The notes beneath the pieces were generated by a model that was not told where the DNA came from, made no database searches, and saw only the letters and a list, made by a program, of their open reading frames with translations. From Fimbriimonas sp. (GTDB lineage: Bacteria; Armatimonadota; Fimbriimonadia; Fimbriimonadales; Fimbriimonadaceae): a stretch of 64,000 nt of DNA. This document shows positions 1 through 9,316 of this stretch, piece after piece. The stretch's first letter is position 1; each line of letters opens with the position of its first letter. The stretch lies in NCBI GenBank assembly GCA_035550555.1, contig DASZPA010000135.1, positions 1,621-65,620 of the forward strand. Direction: 5' to 3'. Position numbers and translations under genes: made by a program.

Positions 1-108
1 ATGTCTGTCTAGGACCGCGGGACCGCCAAAGTGGAATCTCAGTCGAGAGATCGTCTCACTTCCCGCAAGATTCAGGCAATGGTTCCAGCATTCGTGAGGC
101 GGGTAGCG

Positions 109-648
109 CTAGTAGTTCCAGCGATTGCGGTGAGCCTCCCACTCGATGCAAGCATGCTTCATGGAAGGGAGCGGAGACACCGGCAGCCGGCGCGCTTTGC
201 ATCCATCCGCCAAGATTCGTCCGGCATCACGACCTCGGTCGCCAACATTTTTGCGAGCATCGTCGCGGTGATCCTCTTCGATCGACTCTCCCAATAGGTG
301 CAGGGCCCAATTCTCCATTTCCCACCGTGGTCGAACAATTAGAACTGGCTCATCTTCGAAGGTGTCCTCAAGATCGGATTCCCTCAGCTTGCGTCGCAGC
401 CGATCGTTGATTTGAGCGTCCGTGAGCTCGTCTCCATCGACGACGACTATCAGTCGAGTCTGCACATGGGCTTTCCGCAGTGCGCGGACCTCCCGAGGGA
501 AAGCCTCGAACACAGCCGACTTGCTCTGCATCCGCTCTAGCCTCGCCCTCCCCACAGACGGCATTCCCACGCGATGAAGGAACGCGTTGATAAACCTCTG
601 GTGCATCTCGTCCTCACAGAGGATTACCAGCGACACTCTCTTAGGCAT
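109..648 (-). CDS. TOPRIM-like / DUF4276-like small protein, partner of the upstream ABC-type ATPase
   Basis: 179-aa ORF. 'VSLVILCEDE' (conserved Glu) is followed about 60 aa later by 'LIVVVDGDE' (DxD), a TOPRIM-like arrangement as in DUF4276/OLD-type partners. ATG 648-646 overlaps the ATPase TAA (643-641) by 8 nt (ATGCCTAA). Family call is from motifs only. Confidence 0.6.
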   Translation of the reverse strand: MPKRVSLVILCEDEMHQRFINAFLHRVGMPSVGRARLERMQSKSAVFEAFPREVRALRKAHVQTRLIVVVDGDELTDAQINDRLRRKLRESDLEDTFEDEPVLIVRPRWEMENWALHLLGESIEEDHRDDARKNVGDRGRDAGRILADGCKARRLPVSPLPSMKHACIEWEAHRNRWNY

Positions 649-1741
649 CTATCCATCCACGGGCAAGTCGCTCTGAAAGCGACAGCCCGGTTTCGTCAGG
701 GGTCACACTCGAAACGACGGCGGGAGAAAGATGGTCCGGACGCGAGAAATACGCGACGCTACTCTCGGCCATCGACTGAATGATCTCCTGATTGTGCGAG
801 ACGATCAAGAACTGCCCGTCGGCAGGACGATGATCGAGCATTTTGAGAAGCCACGGCTGAATCTCCATAAGCGCGACAAAATTGTCTGGCTCATCGATGA
901 CGATCGTGGTTGGAGGAGTCGCGCTCTGGTAAGCGAGGAGAGTGTAAAGGACCACGAGCATTCGCTCACCCTCCGAAAGCTCGTGAAACTCGATCACCGA
1001 TTCTCTGGCGGCTTCTTTGGGACGCTTGAAGACTGCGCTCAGTGCCATTCCGCGCCCAATCTGGTCGAGCTTCAGGTAGTCGAAGTCGTCCCATACGTCC
1101 GAAAGCAGACCAAGCATGGACTCGGTGAACTTGCCACTCGAAGTCTGACTCCAGTACCAGGCAACGAAATTCTCAAAGCGATACCAGGGACGTGGCTCCG
1201 GGCGTCTCGCCTCGTTGTCCATTAATGGAGGCATGGGCCGGACAATGATCATCCTTGTTAGAGCTGCCAAGAACTCCGCGACCAACTCCGAACCTTCTGT
1301 TGCTGAGAGAGCGTTCACAGCGCTCTGATTGGGCGGAACGATGACTTGGAGGATCGGCTCCGTTTCGCCGTTGTGGGATGTCACCGCTTCTTTATTTCGC
1401 GCGAAAACCGTTCGATCTCCGATTCGGAGCGATTCTGTCCGCACACTGGTCCCCTTAGCCTGGACGACGAATTCGACACGATATCGGAAGAGCGAGTTTC
1501 CGGTCTCGAGGTCAAGTTCGAACTTCGCGACCTCGGAGTTTTGCCACCGAGTCAACGTCTCTTGATCAACAAGCTCCTCAAGCCTCTCCCAGCCGCATGA
1601 CCACGCCCTTATGAGGTCCAAAGCATCAAGAGCACTGGTCTTGCCGCTCCCGTTATATCCCAGGATCAGGGTTTCCGCGCCGGGCTCCCACGTAAAGTCA
1701 ACCAGACAACGATAGTTGTCGGCGTAGAGACGGCGGATCAT
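641..1741 (-). CDS. ABC/SMC-type ATPase (AAA_21 / COG4637-like)
   Basis: Walker A 'GYNGSGKTS', signature-like 'LSEGERM', Walker B 'TIVIDEPDN', H-loop 'IVSHN'. N-terminus 'MIRRLYADNYRCLVDF' is typical of this ATPase class. The ORF runs to 1813, with in-frame ATGs at 1813, 1774 and 1741, so the start is unresolved. Confidence 0.75.
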   Translation of the reverse strand: MIRRLYADNYRCLVDFTWEPGAETLILGYNGSGKTSALDALDLIRAWSCGWERLEELVDQETLTRWQNSEVAKFELDLETGNSLFRYRVEFVVQAKGTSVRTESLRIGDRTVFARNKEAVTSHNGETEPILQVIVPPNQSAVNALSATEGSELVAEFLAALTRMIIVRPMPPLMDNEARRPEPRPWYRFENFVAWYWSQTSSGKFTESMLGLLSDVWDDFDYLKLDQIGRGMALSAVFKRPKEAARESVIEFHELSEGERMLVVLYTLLAYQSATPPTTIVIDEPDNFVALMEIQPWLLKMLDHRPADGQFLIVSHNQEIIQSMAESSVAYFSRPDHLSPAVVSSVTPDETGLSLSERLARGWIDA

Positions 1742-1906
1742 GGGATCAGTGTACTGGCGTGAAGCCGAATGCATGGCTGTCCGCACGGATACGTGGCCAC
1801 CGCCTCCGGCCATGCAGTGTCGTCCGCTTTTCTTGGAGGCACGTTGGCTGGAGCTTCGCGTTTCGCCGGCGATTGTTCCTTGGCGTCCCGATGGAGCAGG
1901 GCGGCC

Positions 1907-3355
1907 TCAGGCGAAGGTCTTACTGGCGGCCGCTTGCTCAGCGGCAGGAGTCTTCACGGGAAGGGCGAACCGGAAAGTGGCGCCCTTGCCGGGTTTGCTT
2001 TCCGCCCAAATGCGTCCGCCGTGGCGATCCACGATCCGCTTTGCATTGGCGAGGCCCATGCCCGTTCCCGCGAACTCCGTATCGCGGTGAAGCCTCTGGA
2101 AGGGGGTGAAGAGCTTGTCGACGAGGGCATCGTCAAACCCCACGCCATTGTCACTTACGGTAACGATGACCTCCGAACGATCTCGACGTGCATGGATCTC
2201 TATCTTGCCGTCGCCTCTTTGGCTGCAGAACTTGAAAGCGTTCTCGATCAGGTTTTGCACGAGGAGCGAAAGAAGCAGCGGGTCACCATAGACAGTGATA
2301 TTGGGTTCGACGCTCACGGCGACCGCTCCAGACCACTCCCTGCTCTGGATTTCCAAGATCGATTGGCCGCAAAGCTCGCTCAGGTTGACTTCGCACTCGT
2401 TCAGCTCCGCCTTGCCGAGTCGAGCCATTTCGAGCAGGCTGTCGATTAGGCGGGAAAGCCGGGTCGCGGCGTTGGTCACCCGCCTCAGCTCGTCGAGGCC
2501 CTCGTCCGGCACCGAGCTCCCGTAATCCTCCATGAAGATCCGGGTCGAAGCGATGATCCAGCGCAGCGGCGCTCGCAGGTCATGAGCGGCGGAGTAGCAA
2601 AACACCTCCAGCTCCTGATTGACCATGTTCAAGGCGTTCGTTCTCTCCGCGACGCGCTTGTCGAGTTCCAAATTGGATCTTTCCAAGGCGATCGTCTTTT
2701 CGGTCACTTCGGAAAGCGCCTGCTCGTAACGGCCGCTGAGTGTCTTGATGGTCTTCCAAGACTGGTACGACAGTGTCATCGCGGCTAAAAATGCGCCTCC
2801 GCCCAGCGCCACAAACAGAAAGAGGGCCGAGCGCCGTTGACGCTCCACTTGAGTGGCGAGATCGTCGCGCTCTTCAAGAATGAAAGTGCCGACGTCGCCA
2901 CGCACTTGATTCAGTTTCAGGTTCACCAGAAGCCGCGACGAGCTGGGTCCGGCGTCCAAGCTTGGAGGAACCAGGGATTGGGCGCTCATCCAGCTTCGCA
3001 GATCGCTTTCAACCCGTTCTTCCCTGGCGGCCGTCGCAGGGCTCGTTCCGGAAAGCGCGCGAAGATTCTCCAGCTCTCCAGGAATTTTGGACCTGCTGTC
3101 GTTATACGATTGCAGAAATAGCTTGTCGCCAGTCGTCTTGTAGTTGGCCCAGCTGTCGCCAAAATCGATCATGAGAGTCAGCACTCGTTCCGCTTGGGCG
3201 ATGGCGGCCAAGCTCCTGTTGATCGACGTGGCCTGGGTGCTCGTCACCTGCAAGAGCCAGGAAAGAACTCCGACGATCAGCAGCATCAAGAGAACGGGCA
3301 GCAGAATGCTCCGTCTGGAAAGGCTTAGAAAGGCTGGATCCTTGTTGGAATACAT
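1907..3355 (-). CDS. sensor histidine kinase with CHASE3-like extracytoplasmic domain
   Basis: 482 aa. TM helix, CHASE3-like region, second TM 'ALFLFVALGGGAFLAAM', coiled coil, H-box 'FCYSAAHDLRAPLR', and ATPase boxes 'NLIENAFKF', 'DNGVGF', 'GTGMGL'. No response regulator is adjacent. Confidence 0.85.
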   Translation of the reverse strand: MYSNKDPAFLSLSRRSILLPVLLMLLIVGVLSWLLQVTSTQATSINRSLAAIAQAERVLTLMIDFGDSWANYKTTGDKLFLQSYNDSRSKIPGELENLRALSGTSPATAAREERVESDLRSWMSAQSLVPPSLDAGPSSSRLLVNLKLNQVRGDVGTFILEERDDLATQVERQRRSALFLFVALGGGAFLAAMTLSYQSWKTIKTLSGRYEQALSEVTEKTIALERSNLELDKRVAERTNALNMVNQELEVFCYSAAHDLRAPLRWIIASTRIFMEDYGSSVPDEGLDELRRVTNAATRLSRLIDSLLEMARLGKAELNECEVNLSELCGQSILEIQSREWSGAVAVSVEPNITVYGDPLLLSLLVQNLIENAFKFCSQRGDGKIEIHARRDRSEVIVTVSDNGVGFDDALVDKLFTPFQRLHRDTEFAGTGMGLANAKRIVDRHGGRIWAESKPGKGATFRFALPVKTPAAEQAAASKTFA

Positions 3356-3780
3356 GGGTTGGCGTGTTCAATCCCACTCCATCGTGGAAACTCACTCGCT
3401 TGCGACGGTCAAAGCAGACTATAGCAGTGAAATCCGGGGACCATCATCACCATAGGGACTGCCTCTGTAGATAGAATCGGCTTCTTGAAAGGCAGTCCGC
3501 TGGTCTGAGGATGGAAAAATCTGAGGCCGGGCCTCCCATCGATGTCGCTCAGCGGCGTCACAGCTCCAGCAATCGCTCCAAGCAAGGTCTACGCTGACCG
3601 TCGAACCGCTTAATGAGAACGGCTTCAGGTCGGGCCACAGGAATCGATTTCCAGCCCTTTCCAACTCTCCTGCACTGAGGACGCGGCGCTGTCCGGTATC
3701 AAAGCGGCTTTGGGCGGAGTATGCCAACGGTGACAATCGCACGCCCCGAGGTCCCAACAGCTCAGGGGCCCGTCCAGCAA

Positions 3781-3818
3781 TTATTACAGTGTCAATGCTG
3801 CAGAAAGGTGTAATAATG
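3781..3818. promoter_or_regulatory. AT-rich perfect 9-bp inverted repeat (ATTATTACA-N20-TGTAATAAT) upstream of pilin-like gene
   Basis: The arms at 3781-3789 and 3810-3818 are exact reverse complements. The site lies 37 nt upstream of ATG 3855 in an otherwise GC-rich genome. Function not shown. Confidence 0.25.
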
Positions 3819-3854
3819 TGGTTTGAGGCGCAATTTTCGCCTGATTGTTAGGGC

Positions 3855-4733
3855 ATGACTTACAGGCTCGGTAGGGACTCAACTGGATTCACGCTGATTG
3901 AAGTGTTGGTGGTCATGGCCATCATCAGCGTGGTCGCGGCCATTTTATTCCCGGTTTTCGCATTGGCCCGGAACGCCGCGAACAAGGCTACGTGCCTCAA
4001 CAACTTGGGGCAGCTTACGCTGGCCTACCAGCTCTACAGCAACGATTACGAGGACACTCTCTGCGCGCCGGTGTACCTGTCCAACCTCGTCGCCTATCCC
4101 TGGCACGCGTGGTTCGGAGAATTGGACTCGTCGACTGCGACGCTCGATCCCAGCCGCGCCCTGCTCTCTCCCTACCTGCGAAACACGGCAGTCTTCAACT
4201 GTCCGAACATCGATACCATCCCGAATCCTCTCAGCGCAGATTTGAGCTATGGAATCAATGACCAGCTGTGCATCACAACGGTCAATCTCCAGAATCTCAA
4301 CGTTTCGTTTCAGCCCGTGACGGGTTCCCAAGTTCAAGCTCCGTCGGAAACCGTCCTTTTTGGAGACGCGGCGCAAAATGAGCCCGGCTCCCGAATTGAC
4401 AAACGAGCCATTCTACAGTTCAACGCTCACTTTGCCGGCACCTCGAGAGGATTCCTGCACGCCCGCCATGGCGGAGCGGTGGCGAATGTCTCTTGGCTGG
4501 ATGGCCATGTGAAATCGATGCACCTGTCTTACAACACTCGCAACGATGGCGCCCAATACTCCGCTGCATGGGAGGAACGGGAGGGCATTGGGGACCTGCT
4601 CAAGTTTCCGCGCCAATACGCCAAACCCACCGGCGCCGCCCCCTCCCTTCAGGACATGTACTACTATCTGACCGACAAGTCCGTCGATCCAACGGGAAGC
4701 CTCAACACGCTAACTCAATGGCTGCTGCTGTAG
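3855..4733 (+). CDS. prepilin-type N-terminal cleavage/methylation domain protein (DUF1559 / H-X9-DG-like)
   Basis: 292 aa. Class-III signal '[29 protein letters not shown]'. C-terminal 'HGGAVANVSWLDGHVKSM'. Confidence 0.85.
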   Translation: MTYRLGRDSTGFTLIEVLVVMAIISVVAAILFPVFALARNAANKATCLNNLGQLTLAYQLYSNDYEDTLCAPVYLSNLVAYPWHAWFGELDSSTATLDPSRALLSPYLRNTAVFNCPNIDTIPNPLSADLSYGINDQLCITTVNLQNLNVSFQPVTGSQVQAPSETVLFGDAAQNEPGSRIDKRAILQFNAHFAGTSRGFLHARHGGAVANVSWLDGHVKSMHLSYNTRNDGAQYSAAWEEREGIGDLLKFPRQYAKPTGAAPSLQDMYYYLTDKSVDPTGSLNTLTQWLLL

Positions 4734-4803
4734 AGGCTGGCAAGTTCGCCCCTTCGCAGCCTCAGATAGATCCTGTAGATACACCGGAACGTTAGGTCTG
4801 TAC

Positions 4804-5637
4804 TCAGTCGTTCCAACGTGTTCCGGCATGGAGCGATTGAAAGTGGAGTGGAGTCATTCCCTCGGACCGCTTGAAGATGCGGCGGAAGTAGTTGCTGTCC
4901 AGAAACCCGCACTCATGCGCGACCTCATCGATGGAAAGCTCCCGCATCGTCAGCAGGTGCCTCGCCCGTTGGATTCGTCGCCGATGAATCGCTTCCACGA
5001 TGCTGATCCCATAGGTACTTCGGTAGATCCGTCCAAGGTAGTCGGGACTACAGCCGATACGGGTCGCAATGCCGGAGGTGCTGAGCTCCTTCTGGAAGCA
5101 GCTTCGAATGATCGCGTCGGCCTGGCTGGCCATCAGCGCCGTGGCCTCCGTCTCGACTCCAGCCGGAGGCTCATAAGCGACTTCGCAAAGGGCTAAGAGC
5201 AATGCGAGGTCGGCAGCCTTCCCCTCGGAAGCCTTCGATTCGTTGTAATCGAGTAAGCGGTGGAGCAACTCGACCATGTGATCCGGCCGAGCGACGGTTT
5301 TGTGCTGCGGTACATGCGCCAATAGGCCGTCTTCTTGGATACCTGGCTGATCGTCGATCGAGAAGTAGACCCAATAGTATGACAGGTCGTGGCTGTTCGG
5401 TTGCCATCCCTTGTGGTGCCGGTTTGGAAACAGCAGCAGCGACTGATAGGGACCGACCGAGAACCGGCGATTCTCCTCTGAGATGAAAAGCGAGCCTTTT
5501 CGCACGTAGATAAGCTCGCAAACATCAAGGCATCGGCCCGGGTATTTGCCGTCTTTGTGAGGCGTAAACTCGCCGGCCCTAATGCAATGAATGGGCAACT
5601 TTGCCGAAAGGCTCAAGCAGACGTCAGATTCGGCCAT
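4804..5637 (-). CDS. AraC/XylS family transcriptional regulator
   Basis: 277 aa. N-terminal cupin-like sensing half. C-terminal double HTH 'IATRIGCSPDYLGRIYRSTYG ... VAHECGFLDSNYFRRIFKRSEGMTPLHF'. Confidence 0.85.
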   Translation of the reverse strand: MAESDVCLSLSAKLPIHCIRAGEFTPHKDGKYPGRCLDVCELIYVRKGSLFISEENRRFSVGPYQSLLLFPNRHHKGWQPNSHDLSYYWVYFSIDDQPGIQEDGLLAHVPQHKTVARPDHMVELLHRLLDYNESKASEGKAADLALLLALCEVAYEPPAGVETEATALMASQADAIIRSCFQKELSTSGIATRIGCSPDYLGRIYRSTYGISIVEAIHRRRIQRARHLLTMRELSIDEVAHECGFLDSNYFRRIFKRSEGMTPLHFQSLHAGTRWND

Positions 5638-5797
5638 ATAGTCGGATTTGTGCTGATAATGTCGGTAATCGTCCTTTGATTTTCTCGACTGAGCGCACTA
5701 CTATGTACGTGATACCTGTATCTTTGCTTTTTGCCACTGACTGAGTTGAAATGACAAGCCTACCTACTAGTAGCGGATTACATAAGGATAACTATTC

Positions 5798-6598
5798 ATG
5801 GCACATAGCAATTCTATTCGTGTTAATGCCTTAAAAGCATTTACCCTAATTGAGCTCTTAGTTGTCATCGCGATTATCGCGATCTTGGCGGCAATTCTAT
5901 TTCCAGTATTCGCCCAGGCAAAGGCGGCGGCCAAAACAACGGCAACGCTGTCCAACATGAAACAGCTTGGACTCGCTCTACAGATGTATACGAACGATTC
6001 GGACGATGTGGTGCCCTTATATGAGCCCACGCAGGCCGGAGGCGACAACGTCTTTCTGATCCAGCGACTCTATCCGTACGTCAAGAACCTGGACATCTTC
6101 TGGGATGCTGCGACGGGCGAGCCGGACCTGAACCCCAGAACGATGCAGCCGACGTCGGCTACCGACCAAGGCTGGGGCGATTGGACGCTCTACGAGAACC
6201 TGAGCTTCAACGGCGATGGACTCGGCGGCTATTGGAATTTTGGCGGCACGACCGTCTACGACTACGGGCGTGTGCTGACCAGCCAACAGAACCTGGCACA
6301 GCGGGCAGCGTTCATGACCACCACCTGGCCCGGCACGGGCGATCCGTGGGGCTATTACCAGTTCCTGAACTGGGTTGCGGTACAGCCCGACTACGCGGAC
6401 CTCACCGACTTCTGGGCCGACCAGTGCTGGAACGCGCGAGGGCGGCACCGCGATCGCTGGGTTGTCTCTTACGCGGATGGCCACGCGGGCACGGTGGCTG
6501 CGACCTCCAAGGTCGTGCCGCCAGGAGGAGACTACTGGACGGTCTACGCCGGCAACACGCTCGCCTTCTGGGGCTCCTACTGGGATCCGACCCTTTAA
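5798..6598 (+). CDS. prepilin-type N-terminal cleavage/methylation domain protein (H-X9-DG)
   Basis: 266 aa. '[29 protein letters not shown]'. '[13 protein letters not shown]' fits H-X9-DG exactly. Confidence 0.85.
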   Translation: MAHSNSIRVNALKAFTLIELLVVIAIIAILAAILFPVFAQAKAAAKTTATLSNMKQLGLALQMYTNDSDDVVPLYEPTQAGGDNVFLIQRLYPYVKNLDIFWDAATGEPDLNPRTMQPTSATDQGWGDWTLYENLSFNGDGLGGYWNFGGTTVYDYGRVLTSQQNLAQRAAFMTTTWPGTGDPWGYYQFLNWVAVQPDYADLTDFWADQCWNARGRHRDRWVVSYADGHAGTVAATSKVVPPGGDYWTVYAGNTLAFWGSYWDPTL

Positions 6599-6601
6599 GA
6601 A

Positions 6602-6796
6602 ATGGGTAAGGAGCTTTCGCCAAAGCTCGTGGGGGCCGTCATCGCCTTGGTGGTGGTCCTCGTTCTTGCCATCGGATGGGTGCTCACAAGCGGGGGATCC
6701 GGCTCGCATGGAAACCCAAACGTCAAACCCGCTTCTCCGCCGCCCCCTCGGCACGGCCCCCCGCCGCCCCCAGCCGGCGGATTTCCAAGAGGCTAA
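6602..6796 (+). CDS. small single-pass membrane protein with proline-rich tail (hypothetical)
   Basis: 64 aa. The ATG lies 3 nt after the stop of 5798..6598. TM 'LVGAVIALVVVLVLAIGWVL' is followed by 'PPPPRHGPPPPPAGG'. Coding status unproven. Confidence 0.45.
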   Translation: MGKELSPKLVGAVIALVVVLVLAIGWVLTSGGSGSHGNPNVKPASPPPPRHGPPPPPAGGFPRG

Positions 6797-6825
6797 ATCA
6801 AGGCCGCTCCTTTAGCGGCCTTGAT
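6797..6825. terminator. 12-bp stem hairpin (ATCAAGGCCGCT-CCTTT-AGCGGCCTTGAT), probable intrinsic terminator
   Basis: Perfect 12-bp stem immediately after stop 6796. On the minus strand it is followed by TTTAG, so it could also terminate the tRNA transcript. There is no long T-tract on the plus strand. Confidence 0.45.
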
Positions 6826-6902
6826 CCTATACGGAGACCGCGTCGCAGTAGGAGATAGTCGCTGGCTCAACGTTGGCGTGGCAACGGAACCGTTCGAAAG
6901 AT

Positions 6903-6979
6903 TGGTCGGGGCGACAAGATTCGAACCTGCGACCTCTTCCACCCCATGGAAGCGCGCTACCAAACTGCGCCACGCCCCG
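6903..6979 (-). tRNA. tRNA-Pro (anticodon GGG), CCA encoded
   Basis: The reverse complement reads CGGGGCG-TG-GCGC-AGTTTGGTA-GCGC-G-CTTCC-ATGGGGT-GGAAG-AGGTC-GCAGG-TTCGAAT-CTTGT-CGCCCCG-A-CCA. It forms a cloverleaf with a 7-bp acceptor stem and anticodon loop AT-GGG-GT. The T-stem has two G-U pairs. Confidence 0.88.
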
Positions 6980-7063
6980 ACGCGTGAGCCAGAGAATACC
7001 CGCTGAGAGGCTGGGCCTAGACGCCAAACTCCCGTCTAGGCCCAGGGAAATCAACAAAGCACG

Positions 7064-7939
7064 CTATGCCCGAAGCATCAGTACCGGATAGGGTTCGAAG
7101 CCGACCTGATGAAGGCCCACGCTTCCGATTCGGCGGCCGGAGCCTTCGGTGGAGCTTCCGACCGAGCCGATGATCAGCAGGTCCGCGGCACGCATGTGCG
7201 CTTCAATCGCGGCGTTCGGCTCGCCCTCGACCACAGCGGACGTCACGTTGAATCCCGCCTCTTTCAATCGGGCGGAGACGATGGCGGTGCGCTTCTCGAA
7301 CTCATCTTCGAGCCACCTGGAAGCGTCGCCGCCGAGCATGGGCAGATTGAGCCGGGTCGCCTTGGCAATATCGTCGTCGATCTCATAGGCGGAAAGGAGG
7401 TGCAGAGAGTCGATGCCCTGTGGTTTCAGCTCGATGAGCTTATCGACCACTCGATCGGTATGGGCCGAATGGTCGACCGCGAAGACTGCCGTGAAGGTTT
7501 TCTTCCGCTTTCCGCCATGATCGCCCTTTGCGACCAAGAGAGACGAGGTCGCACCGAGGGCCAGTGCACTCGTTGCGCTGTCCAGATAGGTCTTCGAGGA
7601 TTTGCCGCAGTGCGTCGCACCGATCGCGATGAGATCGGGCTGTTCGGCTTTCTCTTCTTGGATCATGCAATCCGCTGCTCGGCCAAAGACCATCTTCGTC
7701 CTTGCTCGAAGGCCCTTGCCGCAGGCTTCATCGGCGGCGCGGTCGAGGGCGCTCAGGCCGAGATTCTGGACGACTTTGGAGAACTCGGCCTCCGTATGGG
7801 GGTCTGTGGGCCCGAGAGGGTAGTTCAGATCGACCGCGTGGAGAAGGGTGACGACCGGCTTGTTGAATTTGAGGGCGGCAAGTAGGTCGAGGGCCGGAAG
7901 GTAGGCGCCATGGGTATCGATTCCGACGAGTGCTTTCAT
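7064..7939 (-). CDS. universal stress protein, tandem UspA domains
   Basis: 291 aa with two Usp halves. '[10 protein letters not shown]' and '[10 protein letters not shown]...GSVGLHQV' form ATP-binding-type glycine motifs. AGGAGAAG lies upstream of the ATG. Confidence 0.85.
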   Translation of the reverse strand: MKALVGIDTHGAYLPALDLLAALKFNKPVVTLLHAVDLNYPLGPTDPHTEAEFSKVVQNLGLSALDRAADEACGKGLRARTKMVFGRAADCMIQEEKAEQPDLIAIGATHCGKSSKTYLDSATSALALGATSSLLVAKGDHGGKRKKTFTAVFAVDHSAHTDRVVDKLIELKPQGIDSLHLLSAYEIDDDIAKATRLNLPMLGGDASRWLEDEFEKRTAIVSARLKEAGFNVTSAVVEGEPNAAIEAHMRAADLLIIGSVGSSTEGSGRRIGSVGLHQVGFEPYPVLMLRA

Positions 7940-8203
7940 TTCTCTTCTCCTGGTCGAGCTTTTTCGGCACGACAGCGCTCGCAGTTACCGTTACAGGCAC
8001 CGCGACCGGGTCGAGCCCCAGTTTCATCTTGGACCTCAGCTTCGGAGCGGTTCGAGGCGTTCAGCTTTAGGCTGCTAAGCCCCTTCCGTCGTGTTTTGGC
8101 CGTGTTTGGGTTGCTGTTCGTGCTGTTTTGTGCCATAGCTCGACATAAAGTCTCCGCTCAGTTCCCTCGCCTCGCAAGTCGCGATTGCATTGTCAACGGA
8201 TCG

Positions 8204-8228
8204 CTGTCATGGATTCGAATGACGCGAA
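8204..8228. promoter_or_regulatory. copy 1 of a conserved 25-nt palindromic element (CTGTCATGGATTCGAATGACGCGAA)
   Basis: 21 of 25 positions are identical to 9317-9341. The core is TGTCAT-N8-ATGAC(g). It lies in the divergent usp / 2-hydroxyacid dehydrogenase intergenic region, about 40 nt upstream of ATG 8268. Confidence 0.4.
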
Positions 8229-8267
8229 TTGCCGTCTAGCCTGGAAGGCTGTCGAATACCCATCCTA

Positions 8268-9305
8268 ATGAAAATGGGTAGCGAAAGACCCCTGATCCTG
8301 TTTGCGGAGGCAAGCGCGGCCGACCTCGAACACTACGAGCAGCTCAAAGCCTCCGCGACTCTTGTCCAGTCGGAGCAACCCATCTCGGACGGGGCGGTTT
8401 CATTTTCAGAGGAAGAGCTTGCGAAAGCTGAGGTTCTCAGCGTGATGGTGCACTCGAAGGTCGACCGTCCCCTCATGGACAGGATGCCGAACCTCCGGCT
8501 GATCGCCACAAGGTCAACTGGATTCGACCACATCGACCGGCTGGAAGCCAAGGACCGGGGAATTGCCATCGCATACGTTCCCGAATACGGAACCGACACG
8601 GTTGCCGAGTACACCTTTGCCCTGCTTCTGAACCTGACCCGCCAGTCGCACAAGGCCTATGTCAGATCGCTCACCGGGGAGTTCAACTTCGCGGGCCTCA
8701 TGGGTACCGATCTCTGTGGAAAGACGTTGGGCGTCATCGGACTTGGGCGGATCGGACAAAAGGTAGCAAGGATCGCACACGGCTTCGACATGAACGTCGT
8801 GGCGTTCGATCCCGTGGTGCTTAGAAAGTCCACGGACGGCTTGGCGGCCAAACTCGCTTCTCTCGATGAGGTCCTCGCAGGCTCAGACGCGCTGGCGATT
8901 TGCTGTCCGCTCAACGAATCCACACACCATCTTCTCAGCGACCGCGAGTTCGGCCTCATGCGGCAGGGCGTTTACCTCGTGAACACTGCGAGGGGAGCTG
9001 TTCTCAACACAGCCGCTCTTTTGTCCGCCATCCAGACCGGAACCGTAGCGGCCGCTGCCCTCGACGTGCTGGAGGAGGAAGGCTCGGTGAGCGAGGAAGC
9101 GGCTCTCTCAGAATTGGTGGGCCATCAGCTTGGCTCCCTTCACACGTTGGCGTGCAACCTGGCTTTGTTAAGGCATCCCAACGTGTTGGTAACCCCTCAT
9201 ATGGCCTACTTCTCCAAAGAGGCGGTCGAAAGAATCCACCGGACGACGGCTGCCAACATCCACGGGTTCATCGGTGGCGTGCCGACGAACATTGTGCAGG
9301 CTTGA
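8268..9305 (+). CDS. D-isomer-specific 2-hydroxyacid dehydrogenase (D-lactate dehydrogenase-like)
   Basis: NAD fold 'GVIGLGRIGQKVA', plus 'VNTARG' and 'VTPHMAY' catalytic Arg/His regions. The ORF opens at TTG 8229. ATG 8268 or 8274 is more plausible. Confidence 0.85.
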   Translation: MKMGSERPLILFAEASAADLEHYEQLKASATLVQSEQPISDGAVSFSEEELAKAEVLSVMVHSKVDRPLMDRMPNLRLIATRSTGFDHIDRLEAKDRGIAIAYVPEYGTDTVAEYTFALLLNLTRQSHKAYVRSLTGEFNFAGLMGTDLCGKTLGVIGLGRIGQKVARIAHGFDMNVVAFDPVVLRKSTDGLAAKLASLDEVLAGSDALAICCPLNESTHHLLSDREFGLMRQGVYLVNTARGAVLNTAALLSAIQTGTVAAAALDVLEEEGSVSEEAALSELVGHQLGSLHTLACNLALLRHPNVLVTPHMAYFSKEAVERIHRTTAANIHGFIGGVPTNIVQA

Positions 9306-9316
9306 AGGCCAATTCT

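Noticed and set aside
3419-3757. 112-aa minus-strand ORF in the 500-bp gap between the histidine kinase and the pilin-like gene
   Set aside because: No recognisable motif, an odd composition, no SD and no coupling to neighbours. It could be a remnant or a real orphan, but I cannot support it.
6903-6979. tRNA-Pro as an integration hotspot (genomic island attachment site)
   Set aside because: There is no integrase nearby and no direct repeat of the tRNA 3' end that I could find. The flanking genes (pilin-like, usp) have host-like composition.
7936-8136. 66-aa ORF (MAQNSTNSNPNT...CNGNCERCRAEK...) whose TGA overlaps the usp ATG (ATGA)
   Set aside because: The ATGA overlap is tempting. However, the ORF has a low-complexity N-terminus and no convincing SD, and its 3' end is simply the usp ribosome-binding region (AGGAGAAG). 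It is most likely non-coding 5' UTR or promoter DNA. It would need Ribo-seq to revive.
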